A stretch of 64,000 nt of DNA, from the NCBI GenBank assembly GCA_051362555.1, contig CM120640.1:4774001-4838000 (forward strand). The letters run 5' to 3'. Below are positions 1-13,470 of this stretch, piece by piece. The stretch is from Lingula anatina. Taxonomy: Eukaryota > Animalia > Brachiopoda. The translations under genes and the position numbers were made by a program. Position 1 is the stretch's first letter. Every line of letters starts with the position of its first letter. Below the pieces are notes generated by a model that was not told where the DNA came from, did not search any database, and saw only the letters and a list, made by a program, of their open reading frames with translations.

Positions 1-2383
1 GCAATAAAACTACTGCTGCCTATGAGGTCATCGAGACGCAGAGATTTCCAATTTAACAGTAAACCAGGCCGGCAGAACTAACGGATGATTAATTGAGATA
101 ACTTCTTGGCAAGCGTGGTTATGACAGTGTTTTTCGGTCCACCTACATTCGCTCGATATTGCCCATGTTCTAAGGTCATGTTAAGGATACCAGCCGCCTG
201 CTGCATTAATGATTGTGTTAGATACGACAGCTGTGAACTTTTATACTGGTTCATATAACATGATATAAAATTGTTCATCTTAGAATTTACGTTAAGGTCA
301 CAAGGGATTCAATTGCTGTCGAACCCACAGAACAGCTGAAACAACACGCCCCCTCTAACTTATCACAAATCTGCCACATATAATAAACGGTCAAAATTAG
401 AACAATATCCAACAGACGTCTTTTATATGAATTTCATAATAATAAAATTAATCTTTCAGCAAATAAATGTATCTTCATGCACGTACGTAATAACATGTGC
501 CCTGCGTTACGTTAGTGTTATATGATCAAAATATTTTGACCGGAAGTTTCTCCAAAATATATAAACCATTTTCATTGAAAACAAAACCAAAAAGAACGTT
601 ACTGCACTGATTAAATGATATTATAAAACCATGCGTTATACATGTCAATATATCATAATATAGTACGTTGCATAGCATAGGGCTTGATATTAAGTATGTT
701 TATTTATTCATGATGGCTCTTCTTTGAGGTACTGGCAAGCGGTTTGACGGTTCTCAACGATGGCGATGTGACAGTATTTCCGCTCTCTTGTGTCAAACAA
801 TTCAAATCACAAAAACAAGCACAGTGATTCATTTTTCTCAGAATGGCATTCGTAGTACCAAAATACAACACATTCAATACATTTATTAATTTTATTTTAT
901 TTTCATTTTTTATACGACCTCTCAAAAAGTTCTGATAATTTTTGATTTGTTACATGTGTGAAATGTGGAACAGACATTGGCGGAAAATACTCTAAACAAA
1001 CCAGTTAATATTCCTTTTTGATAATATATACACAGGGAAAAATCTACCAAAACATTTACTTTATTCAACGAATCGCTTTGTATGGAATATGGAAGAAAAA
1101 GCTTACTGTCCATTTTCCTAACATTCTCTTATCTGGCACCGCGGATGGCACTAGCATTTTTGTTGAAATTTGAAGGTCATGAAAAGTTATCTATGAATTA
1201 ATAGAATATTTTTTTCTTAAATTATGAGTCTGATCAAGAAAAAAAAAACAGCAAAGTTTGAAAACTGCAACATTGGACCTCATGGGCAGTTAGCGGTGAA
1301 TCAATATTACATCTAGATTCTAATTAGTGCGGGAGATCACGTGATGCAGTTTTGCACAAGCACAGCAATCTCTCAGCCGACAACAATGGTCAATAGCTTC
1401 GAAGCTAAATTTTCTGAAAAAAAAGTTTTTTTTTTTAATCTATTTTTGATATTCTCACATATGGAACCATGACATTGGACTGCCGTTGGTTAGATTAGCT
1501 TTTTCACGATGGGTCGGGGGAGTAAGAGTGTGAACAGTCTCACTTAGGATTATCACACAACTTCAGAAAATAGTTGCTGATAGATTTTATTTTCCTATTT
1601 TTGTTGTCTCTAAAAATGTAGTTATTCGTTTTTTGGTCGGGTTTAGAAGTGTTGTTTTATCTGCTTCCGGTCTACCCATCACCGATCGCTAAAAAAACCT
1701 CCCGCGTGAGTTTTGGTGTAGACCCAAACGGCTGAAATTATAGAAGGGGTAACAATTTTTGGTTTGGACGTGAAAAAATGTCAATCCTAGATGTGAAGAA
1801 CGCAATTAAAGCTAGAAATTAAAACAACTTTGGAAGTTATGTTCCTTACTTTCCTACGAATACCCATCTCTCCCAACAAGGGATGCGTCCTACCTCAAAT
1901 TAGGATATCCAAACAGAAGTACACCCATATCAGTAGAATGGTTAATCAAATATCTGTGACCCTGTGCACCGGAGATAAGAACCTCATGTAGTTGTATTAA
2001 TGTAGCTCATCTTAAAACTCGTTGCATTGCGAACAGGTATGTTTACACCCCCAATGGCATTTCTATTGTTAATAATTTTTTGGACAATGAAAGCAAGCTT
2101 GATGGATTTAGCGGATTTTTGGACATGTTATGGTTCTGTAACTAATTTGGTCAGCAGCTTATTGATGTATGAACGTCTGTTGTCTTTACTATTTTATTGA
2201 TTAATTATCAGCTTGTGCAGCATGTCACTTGTAAATACATTTGGTTTTCACTGCCTTTAGCAGACATCACCTTCGGGTGTTACATGTATCATGTTGTTAT
2301 ATGTAAACAAATTCATTTTTATATTTTTGTATATTTTAGTTATATTTTGAATAATTTCAGTTTCATATCTTTATTCCATCAAA

Positions 2384-4610
2384 ATGATGCATGCATTGGC
2401 GATACCAGTGGCTGTCATAGCATGTCTGGCGGCAGTAACCAATGGTCAAAACCAACAATACTGTACAGCTTCCTCCATTAGACCAACTACTGCCACCAAC
2501 ATAAACGGTAAGAAATTATAACAGTGTAAGATCACACTCACATATAAAGTACATGTATTTTAATATGTAGGCCTACGCTTTTATATTTCACACTGTTAAT
2601 ATTATTTATCAAAGTTTTGGAAAGTGAGAGGCGCTTTTTATACATTTTTTACCCCAGCTTTCTCTGAAGAATCCCCGACCATGTTTATTTTCAAAAATGT
2701 CAACTACATAAACTAGATTTAGTACACACACGTATTTCAAGTTAATATGATAAGTTACAAATTAACACAGTGCGGGGTGACATCATATGTTGTTATCTGA
2801 TGGTTATCTGATATTAAACTGAATTGTGCTATGAAGGTTCACACACTTGATATACTGAAATCTTAGGCACTCGAGAGTATACTTTAATTAAGATAATATC
2901 TAACTGCCGTTGATGATAATAATATAAGTATTGCAATATGTTTTGCATTTTCAATATGGCAAGTATACAGTTTATATATATTTTCATTAGAAAGCGAAAA
3001 TAAAAATATCAATCATATATTATATCATAGATTATATAATTATGACATCAGGACGAACAATGGAACAAATGCTTTTAAAAGCAAATACTTCATTTATGAA
3101 TTTAAGTCATTTTGATGTGGAAAGCTCTTTTTAAGGATTTCATTGAAAAAAGAAACATTTGCCTCTACATGATTGTTCTACGGTTTATTTCAGAACAAAC
3201 CACTTTTCATGAATATAATACTGCATTTCCAAATCTAAACGCTCTCATATAACAACGCTTGATACAAATCATTTATATTTCTATCTTAGCTCCCCCGCTG
3301 CCAGAACTACCAACGTCTTTTTATACCCAAGTGGAAGCCAATATCGTGAACAATGCCGGCAGTTACACAATGATGGCGGAAGAATTCTACGACGGGGTAA
3401 AGAACAGAGGAACGCTGCGTCTAAAACGAGCCGGTGGCGTGAGGCAATTTAATTATGACTACGTCACTAAGCAATTCTACGTTTCACGGATAGGCCCTGA
3501 TGGAGGTAATGTTATTTTTCTTTCAAGTTGTAAATTGTTCTTTTACTCATGACAAATCTACATACTTCTTCAATATCAGGATTCTGCATTGGACATTGGT
3601 CTTATAAGAGGGGGAAATGTACAACTGGTCCACGAAAATCTTATAACTATATATATATATATGCAATAAAATCGCTAGCACTATGTGTGCGACAATTCCT
3701 CCCCTGCCTTAAAAAGTTCGATCAATACCACATTTTAGTTGCTATGCACATTTAACATCATATGTTAAAAAAGAAGCTAAATATATTTTGTCTGCCACGC
3801 CTGTTTTCAGAGAATCGCCGGTCGTTTACCAACTTCTTAATATAGTCTGGCTTAAAGCAAATGTTACGTGAAAATTCTTCAATAATATCGTGTAGTGGTT
3901 GTTCGTGTTCCTAATGTTCTATCACACCAGATGTGACAACAAGTAAGACAACAATAAATAACTAGCACCTTCGCAATGTTCCTTTAAAGATGAAACTCTT
4001 GTTTTACAGCTGTTGATTGCATCGCAGAAGACATTCGTTCCCAAGATGGCCAGTACTTTTTTGGCTACAGCAATGGCACAATATACACAGTGGATAAAGT
4101 TCTGCGGTTTGGAAAGAAATTTAACGAAGTAAAACTCAATTTGGCATTTTTTTCTGCATTTACTTATTAATTTTAAATCATGATGGGCGAAGTGGTTGAT
4201 GGATTTTAAAGTTAAAACTTCATATTTTCCACACCATCCTTGCTGTTCCAAAACATTTCGAATAGTTGAAAAAATGTAGACACAATGCATGTCGCCATGA
4301 TTCGGAGCCACCTTTGTCTGCAAGGCTTTTACTTACAAGGCCTGTTTGTATTTAGGTGTACATTGGGCGGGAGACGGTGAGAGGAATAAGCGTAGACCAC
4401 TACAGAAGCTGTATTAATGATGACGCGTGGTCAGGGAGCTTCACGGTGGACTATTATTTCACAGGTACAGTGTATGTCAGTCAGTGATGTATCAAGTGAT
4501 TTTGGAAAAAGGACTTCACAGTGCTTTTAAGGTGTCTTGGTGTAAAGATGGTTGTTAAATTCAAAGCTGTTTACTCCCCATGGTTTATAAGGATCATTTT
4601 ATAGGTAACA

Positions 4611-4644
<34 letters not shown>

Positions 4645-7600
4645 AGAGAGAGAGAGAGAGAGAGAGAGGAGGGGAGCTAGGCTGCGATGGTAATACAATT
4701 AAATGCATAGATGCATTTTTTTTTCTGTAAAACATGGATGTAAAACTGAGATTTATTACCATCGCTTAACGTAAACGCATGTTTGAACTGCGTTATATAT
4801 AACGTTTTATATAACGCTTCGAGGTCATCCACAGAAATATTATCGTGGTGATAATGGAAATGTATTCCGTTTGTCCCGAGCGGGATTAAGAATTTCATCA
4901 AGGGCTTGGATGCAGTTTTGGAATGAACGAATATGAAATCGACAGTGGATGTAAATAATAAAGTAAAAAACTTAATTTAATCGTTGATTTCATGCCAGTT
5001 ATTTGCCTTAGAATATATGAATTTAATATTTTTTCTTTCTTTTTTTCAGCATCGGGAGTTTGGTCCCCTGTAAACCAGCGAGGCGTTCCAGTGCCAGTCA
5101 GGGCGCTAGTGCAGGGGTTCAGCACGCGTGGAGAAAGCCATAATTTTACTAACTCGTACGAGTTTTTCTCTTTCCAACCAAACTACACTTTTTCAGAGAC
5201 AGATTTTGAGGTAATGGTTTTTAAAATATAGCTTTATCTATTAGATCTATAAACATATACAGCATTACAATGCTGTCCAAAAAATACCAATCTTAATGTA
5301 TGATTAATATGAACAAAAAAAAGTCTATCTGATTACTCAATGACCGTATTTTGGATTTTTGTATCGTTTTACTTTAATTAACAGAACCGATTATATTCCT
5401 TTTGCAGTGCTCTTTAAATCGATTGCAGTTTTAACATTCTTGGTCAAAGAAAAAAATGTTTGTCGCCAATTTTCCAGACCCCAGTTGGTGCTTACTGTGC
5501 AAGCCGCCTGAACCCAAGACCCATGAAGCCTTTAGATTTACAGTTCTCGTATATGCAAGAAATCTACTTACCGAGATCTTCCATTATTCAACTGGCAACT
5601 GTAAGTTTCAATATCATAATCACCGTTTGATACATGTACATATATATATATATATATATACTATACGCCTTCAGAATAAAGCATTACCCTTATGTAAAAA
5701 CACTGTAAAATATTAAGATATATGCAATCACGTTATAACCGGCATCAAATATTTAATTGCTTTACTTCCATTTTATAAATAGCACATATTTTTAAAAGAA
5801 TGATAATATTAACATGTTGAATGTTTGCATATTTTATTGAAAACCCAAACGACTCCTCTGCTGACAACTCTCTCTCTGTCTCTCTCTCTCTCTCTCTCTG
5901 AAATGGAGTACTTAGTTTCGGTTTAACCTGCTCCGGCAAAAACAAAGCTTAGAAAGCATTTCAGCACAAAACCATTTGATTATCTTTTCACTGATTACAA
6001 TGGTCTAATTGATAGCCTTGACGAAAAATCAGACGGACGTAAACTGTACTGGCAAGCTATTAAGAGCCTGATGGGTACAAAATACAGTACGTCAATTCCA
6101 ACTATCGTTTTAACGAAAAATTAAAATTCTTCGACGGGTATATGGCTGCATACACTGGGTTGGAAAAATCGTCAGCATTTCTGAGGTATTTCTCGCAGAG
6201 AGATCACTCTGACGATGAGACTGACACTGCAACGCTATTCTACCCCCCCCCCCCTCCTCCCCGAACAAGTGAAACTCTATCTGAGGTGGATGTGACTGAT
6301 ACGGAGATCAGATCAATAGTTGATAGCTTGGATAGCTCAAAGGCAAGTAGTCCAGACTCTGTGACGACAACAATGCTCAAAATCAGCAGAGATTCTATTG
6401 CGAAACCATAATGTGTTCTATTTGAATACATTTTACAGAGCAGTACCTTTCCGGGTTAATGGAAAACGGCTTACATCTGCCCGATCTATAAAAAAGGTTA
6501 TAAAAGCTGCATCGAAAATTATAGGCATGTTTCACTACAAAGTGTGGTATCAAAGATATTAGAAAATAATGATATATAAAAATATGATCAATCATGTCAT
6601 AAGTAACAATTTACTGTTTAATAGACAATCTGGATTTTTCAAAGGTCATAGCACAGATCAACAGCTACTGGCAATTCAAAATTTCATAAGAAGTAATTTT
6701 AGAAAAGGACGGGGCGTTAGAGGAATATTCCTATATATTTCGGCAGCCTTCGGCAGAGTTCCGCATAAACTGTTATTACTTCAATTGTCAGCGTGCGGGT
6801 TTGAAGGTTAATTATTTTCACTTTTATCGTCATACCTGCAGAACAGAAAAATGATGGTATCTATTAGTGGCACGTTATCCGAATCAACTGAAGAAGGCTA
6901 TATTAATACCAGCGTCCCTCAAGGATGCTGGTATTAATCCCTGCTCTTTCTCCTTTATATTAATGACTTACCTGACAACTCTCTTCTGATCGCTTTCTGT
7001 ATGCCGATGACACGTCAATTTACTTATGTCAGTTACATTTCCTTGTACTGTCAGATCATGCTTCAGGTGTAGCAAATTTTAGAAGCCAACGGGTACAATT
7101 CCTTATTCCATTTTTAAATGCAACTTTAAAAATCAGTCGGATTACAAGCTTTTTTTCAAGCATGGCGCCCTCTCTTGACATAGATACGGTATGGAGCATG
7201 TTATTATTGTATTGTTTTTTTTTATAATCTGCTATATTCAAGATGATAAATGCAACTCGAAATCCCCATTGCTTTTTGATAAGTATCCACACCTTATAAA
7301 CGTGCAAGCGGATGCAACTCAAACTACAATTTTTCTGAGACTATCAGTAAAATGATGCCAAAGAAATATTTTGTTACTTACTAATTAGTCTACAAATGAT
7401 AATGACTACACGATGGAAACCATCTGTCAGCACTGGTTTGTGCAATATTATCAAACATATGAACAACTTTTGAAAAAATCACTGAACAGCATAATAGTCT
7501 GTTTGCATATTGCTATGCCACTTTAAGGGCAGTAATGGAACAATGCTCGCAGGAGTTTCAGAATATATTCTGACCCGGCAAATTCGTAAGGAGGCCTATG

Positions 7601-10600
7601 GTATGGTTTGTTTTTTACAGGTATACTACGACTTTCAGTACAAGCTGTTACGTTACGACTACAGAAATCCTGACGTTGGAATACCACCTTGGTATACGGA
7701 CCACATGCTCAAAGAAGTTCATGATTATAACACAGGCAGGTGTAATTGTATACAATTCTGAATATAATTAAATCTGTTTTCAACTCGCGATATAAATGTG
7801 GTCGCTATTTTAAGATTTTGTAACATATTGTCGTGCAGAAGTTAAGAATATATTAAAACCCGCAAAGTGTTATCTGATAATCTTTATCAAACTACTTCTC
7901 ACTTATTAATGTCCATATTAAAAAAATCTCTTAGTGCATGAAACTGTAGTCAATACGATTTAAAAATTAAAGTAAACCCATGTAGTATAATGTGCAATCA
8001 CAGAAAATCTACGATATTAAGACGAAAACTGACATTGTGGCAGCGTTGGTATTTACACACCTTTTCCATGTTTTCTTCAGGTGTTAAGTATGTGACAGAC
8101 ACTGTGCTTGGCAACTGTTCAATACGAGCTTTGGGGTTGGACGGTTTTGATTCAACGATCAACGAGAAGGAACTACAAAAAACTGGCGGTTATGCCCTAC
8201 GACTGAAGAATCCTATGGAATTGTTCTTCTTAGACTCCGAATCCTATGTATATGTTGGCCAGGTAACTTGTGGATAACCACGTTGTTTAAAGTCAATATT
8301 AATTTATTAAATACACTTTCAGTTGTGGGTTTTGTGCACTTATTCAAACATTTGTTAAATAATGGTGAATGATTCAGTTCAAAAGATATATAACGATACC
8401 ATGACCACTCATACTTATGTAGGAAAAAGCATGTGAAACTACAGAATATTTGATATAGCTAGAAATGATACAATCAGCGCAGAAACTGTTTTCTTTGTAT
8501 TAATAAGTTATCCGTCTTTCCAGAGACTTACACGAGGAATTAGAGCCGACGTTTATGTCACACAGAGGAACGACTACCCAGTGCCTGGTCACGTTGATAC
8601 TAATGTCACGATTGAGGCATACTTTTTGTCGGTGAGAGTTGCCCTCTTACATAAACTAGTTAAACAGGTTCATTAGTTTAGCATAATAACACACGTACCA
8701 CATACACCTATATGCACCTGAAAATGTGATGTTCGCAACAAGAGATTTGATTAAGTTAACAGGAATAAAAATACTTCGAATAGCGACCTATTCATTATTA
8801 GATAAAAAAATTTGATTGGTCAATGTCTGTATTCTAGAGTGATGTCAGGGAAGTCTCCCCAGGCTCTATTGTCGATTCTGGTTTCCCTATACAGCTAGTG
8901 ATCACTTCAGCTGTAGTAAGTATAAGAGAGTATAATCAGGTTCCTTTAATTCCAATACAAGATAATACCCATGGAACGAGGTGGCCAAATAGTTGGGGAA
9001 ATTAACATGTTTAAAATTAAATTTTAGTTGATTGTTCCAAGATATACGCAAGGCATAAAAAGTAGTGGTAATAGACCTACATCGCCCACGTTTGTGAAGT
9101 TAAAAAATCGGGGTTGAACAGACGATGTGTGTATAATTTAATTTAATAATGTCTATTGAATAGTATATTTCTCTGGAGTATTACTTATTAAATTGCTGTG
9201 TGTAGTGAACCATGTAATGCAGACGCCTTAAAACAATTTTCTTGAAATTACAGCCGGAAGTAGATTTCAAAATAAGCTACAACTTCTTCAACTTTGATCA
9301 AGAGCACCCAGACCTGAATAATTTTGAAATCATTGAATGTTTCCCAGAGGCAGTTAAGAAGCATTTCAGAATTACACTTCCCAGTAAGACATTTTGTTTC
9401 TTTTTTTAAAACAAGATACTTGTAGATGTCTCTAAAGAATTGCAATATGCATAGAAAGGAAAACCCAAAAACGCCAGACCAAAAACACCGTTATAATACA
9501 TGTTACAGGGACCTCGCCAGGACTCATCGTGGACTTCATGGGGATAGAGACACGCGCTCTTCAACTAGAACTCGCCCAGCTTGCAGGGGTGTCACCTCAA
9601 AGAATACAGAGACCACAGATACAGTACGACTCGCAGGCATTTTACGTGGTTTCTACCCTATTGGAACGGGCACCCTACTCAGGTACTGTCATAAAATTTC
9701 TCAAAGGAAAAAAATAACAAATCTAACATGTTTTTGCATTTATACGAGTGAAATCTATGCCTTTGTGTTCTGTAAAATGTATGACAATAAGTACCCTCTA
9801 CCAGGGCCACAGATTGATTTTCCGCAGATATTCTCAAATATGTCTCTAGACTAAATAGACTGTCATTTTGGTCTGGTGCTTCAGCCAAAAATGATAACTG
9901 CGGTCTTGGTAGAGGGTAGACAATTAGAAAATGTCGAACTCTAAAGAAGCACTTCTCAGAACAGTTGAAACATTTCTTCATTATTTTAACGAATTTTAAT
10001 TCGTATTCCTGTTTTGAATCAAAGCAAAGAGCAGTATCGCACTAACAAAATATACATGTATACCATAGCAGTTAAATAGGAATTTTATATTTTATAAGTC
10101 TGAAGACTTTACATGAGAATTGGAAGCTTTTTGCATTCCTTATATTTATCTTTTGTGATCTCCGTTTGGCATTTATGAAAAAGCAAAAAAAAAAAAATAA
10201 TAATAATAAAAAAATAAATTAAAAAAAAAAAAAAAAAGTTGTTAGGTTTTTAAATATTCATCAAAACTGACCATTGTTTTCTCTTTTCCTGGTTTACCTG
10301 TCAGCTCAGTTCACAGTGTTTACTGACGAGACGGCGTATTATGGCAGTGATAAAATTATAAACAACATAGGAGACATAGATAGTTGCGGAGAGCTTTGTC
10401 TTGACCCTGCTGCCGGAGGAATACCATGTAATAGCTTCGACTACTGCCCCCAGGAAAAGATGTGCATCCTAAGCCGCACCCACCAAGGCAATGCGACTAA
10501 AGTGAACGGAAAGAACCCGCTGTGCTCCCACTGGACTCGTAAGGACCTATAAATCTTATTAAAAGCATTCTGAATTGTATTTTATATAATCTGGTAAACA

Positions 10601-11750
10601 TCTTGTAAAAGTTAAAACTTTGATTAATAACGTCGTACGTAACACAAATCTTAACATTTTGCAACGACACGTAGGCTAAATCAAGGAATTTATATTTGAT
10701 AAACGTATTTATTAATTCAAGGCAATGTCGACTTTCCCGGCAAAGCAGAACTTCCCCTACAGGCTGCCTGGTTGAATCTCACTAATAGTGTCAACGCTGG
10801 GTCGGTGTGGTTATCGGTAGCGGCGCGAAATGGTTCGGTATGGAGTTCATTGTTATGGACTAGTTAAGGCCGCATTCACAATCATATGGCCGTTCCACTT
10901 GAAAGTTTGGCGCGTAATCCCTGCGGGGAATCTATTCAATATCTATTGGGAATCATGCAGCAAGCTTTTAAGTGGGTCGGTCAGATTTGATCCTCAGATC
11001 TGTTAGCCAGTGGATCAACGTGTTCTGAATACGCCCTTAGAGTACAAAAGTCAATTATGAATTGTTCAATATAAAGGATTATCCTAAAATAACATTATAA
11101 GACATAGAATCCAACTGAGAGCAGAATAATCCGAAGGCACCAATGAGACAAAAGCAACCTGTAATGCGATTCGAATATTATGAATTCAGCAAAATAAAAC
11201 TACACCATACCAATATTTATAAGTGCTGTTCGGGTACTTCTCAAACAAAGGTGATACCGTTTCTTGAATTCCAGATGTACAAAATAAAGTCCAGTTCAAT
11301 TCGAGGCGACATTGAGAGACCCACCCTCCCAACTCGCATACCAACGACCACGCCAGGGCCTTCCAACCCCACCCCGGGGCCAACGGCAAAACAGCAGGAG
11401 GTGCTGGTACATGACAGTAACACAGGCAAGCTCGATTTACGTGGCGCGTTTTTTTTAGACCTCAAAGGGCCATTGAAAACCATTTAAAATAGAAGAGAGG
11501 ATGGGGGAAGAGAAGAATATAAACGATATCTCAAGATAAAAGCTTACTCAATTCTGCAAACTTCCGTATGTCATATTGATTTCAACGACTGTTTCTTTTT
11601 TCAGGAGCAATGGTAGGGTTGGCTGTCGGCATGTTGGTCCTAGGACTCCTGCTCGGCGCAGGGGCTCTATATGGGTTCCTTAGACTTAAAAGACACACAC
11701 TTCCAGATAATATGCAACTTTCATTTGTAAACAAAGAAAATTCTGAATGA
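2384..11750 (+). CDS. Type I membrane protein (~761 aa, 16 coding exons): signal peptide, two ependymin/LolA-like domains, SEA-like region with an inserted PAN/Apple domain, Pro/Thr stalk, TM helix, short tail
   Basis: Phase-consistent exons: 2384-2507, 3290-3505, 4010-4128, 4356-4464, 5050-5210, 5478-5600, 7621-7735, 8081-8262, 8524-8631, 8838-8915, 9254-9383, 9509-9682, 10305-10538, 10722-10837, 11275-11425, 11605-11750. Signal peptide MMHALAIPVAVIACLAAVTNG. Repeated ependymin-like motifs (PPLPELPTSFYTQVE, EEFYD/VYYD, ETVRGISVD/LTRGIRAD). Apple pattern C-x3-C...CNSFDYC...CILS. TM AMVGLAVGMLVLGLLLGAGALYGFL. Domain names are from motif recall. Confidence 0.8.
4612..4668. repeat. Compound (CA)n-(GA)n microsatellite
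   Basis: Seen directly in an intron. Confidence 0.95.
5868..5899. repeat. (CT)n microsatellite
   Basis: Seen directly, just upstream of the LINE fragment. Confidence 0.85.
5960..7025 (+). mobile_element. Degenerate CR1/L2-clade LINE ORF2 (reverse transcriptase) fragment in an intron
   Basis: Frameshifted RT motifs: KLYWQAIK, SLDSSKASSPD, WKTAYICPIYKKG, NYRHVSL, QSGFFKGHST, LYISAAFGRVPH, SVPQG, FLLYINDLP, LYADDTS. Confidence 0.85.
10867..11037. mobile_element. Old MITE, PIF/Harbinger-like
   Basis: Imperfect terminal inverted repeats AGGCCGCATTCACAA / TTCTGAATACGCCCT with TTA/TAG flanks; target duplication imperfect. Confidence 0.45.
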
Positions 11751-12155
11751 TTTTCTGATGAGCATGAGCTGAGGCAGAGTAAGGCGCTGTATGAAAAGTC
11801 AAGAGGGGCGGCAGTGTTAATGCATTGTGAAGTACGTCGGAAATCCGTTTTTATAAAATAAGACGTGTAAATAGCATTGCTTTTTAAATTAGAAAACGAC
11901 TTACTTATCCAGCACTGTATGGCTTATTATCAGGTTGCATTAAATGTACACGATACTCCCACATTCCTCATTTCATACATCATCACTAAGTCCTTATTTC
12001 GTATAATTGTCTATTTATAAATAAACAGGCAAATGAGATTAATGAAGTGCCGCCGGCACGTGCCCGTAATGAATTCTAAAAAAATACGCACGAATCGGAT
12101 TAAATAAGACGTTTTTGTACTCGTTAAATTAACAAGGTTTACCTTTAGAACTAAC

Positions 12156-12345
12156 CGGAAGTTTGATCATTTGAAATCTATAGAGTTAACGTAGCACACA
12201 GAACAAGTGCACTGGACAATGCAACTGAATGGATCGCATACTGATAGTATTAACCGATTACAGTGACGTCATATTTGCTCCGTAACACTAGTCCCGCGGC
12301 CATGCTGGAGGGAATGAACGACGGGGAATAGTAGCGTAAATATAG
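12156..12345 (+). promoter_or_regulatory. Housekeeping-type promoter signature with a possible non-coding first exon
   Basis: CCGGAAGT (ETS) near 12156, TGACGTCA (CRE) 12264-12271, CpG-rich patch, donor-like AG|GTAAAC near 12345; no convincing CDS. Confidence 0.35.
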
Positions 12346-12772
12346 GTAAACCAAATAAAATAAAGTAAACTTCATATCACGATCAAGGACACCAAAGGGA
12401 AAAGGATATATACAAGCTGAGGCTTCAGCTGATCAGCGGGATCGACCGATATGAACTCAAGACAGTCTAAAAACGTGAAATCCTACTAAATGCTACTTAC
12501 CCAACATCGTGTTGTCAGAAGATAGTTAAGTTATCTTGTACTTCATTTTTCTTGTTCATTGGGTAATAACAGTTATAGTTTGAGAGAGTTTAATGTGTAA
12601 TCATAAGTTTAACCATAAATAGAAGCAACTGTTTTCATAAAGGATAGATATAAAAAATTTGAGCTGATCATTAGGATAAACCCTTGTGGATTCAAGGAAG
12701 AATGTATGATTGTCTTATGACATGAAATATTGCTGTTAGTTATGACTTATCTTTACATCGTGAAGCTGTCAG

Positions 12773-13470
12773 AAATTATTTCAGCATTCTTGTACTTCAT
12801 ATTAAAAACGGTTCATTAGAAAGTACATGTAACAAGACTGTTGTTCATTCATATAAGCAGCATTGTTAGCATTTTATTATTAGTTCAGTCATTCACAGAA
12901 GCATTTGTTAGGCACTACAAATATGGGAATTTGCCATGGGACTATACACTTGATATCAATGGAGCAATAGAAACTATGTCAATGATGAAAAAGACGTGTC
13001 CTTTGTATCAAAATAAAGCTGGTGAGTTGTGTTGTAAATAAGTTTTCAAAATACATCTACTGTCATAAAAAGTATTGTATCAAACTGATTTTATAAAATT
13101 TTATATACCATTTGCATTGAGAATATTTTGCTAGGTATTCAGTGAACAAAATTCATGTATTTTAAATTTACTTTAAAACTGCAATATCAGGTATTTGTTG
13201 TTCTCTTTTTTTAATGTAAAGCCTAACTATATTGGGGATTTTCAGATGCTATTGTTAATACAGTACAGAAGTAAAGTATGCAGAACATTTGCTCTATACC
13301 ATCATCAACTTTTTAAATTATTTCAGCATTCTTGTACTTCATTTTGGTTCATTAGAAAGTAAATGTAATGCGACTGTTGTTTGAGAGAGTTTAATATTCA
13401 CCATGAATGCAACCATTCATATAAGCAACATTGTTAGGATTTTATTATTATTCAGTCATTCACAGAAGCA
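12773..13470 (+). repeat. Local dispersed duplication: ~130-155 bp copies at 12773-12903 and 13315-13470, partial copy at 12533-12594
   Basis: Shared AAATTATTTCAGCATTCTTGTACTTCAT...GGTTCATTAGAAAGTA...CATTCATATAAGCA...TTCAGTCATTCACAGAAGCA. Confidence 0.85.

Noticed and set aside
78-1113. Short minus-strand ORFs and a GTATCCTTAAC (U12 donor-like) at 180-190
   Set aside because: No recognisable protein or consistent exon chain; the window edge prevents testing
3549-3860. Alternative acceptors near 3580 and 3811 in the receptor gene
   Set aside because: They give a stop or lack a good donor; the 4010 exon continues the frame cleanly
12533-13470. Repeated blocks as a CRISPR-like array
   Set aside because: Only 2-3 long, unevenly spaced, diverged copies in a eukaryotic context, with no cas genes
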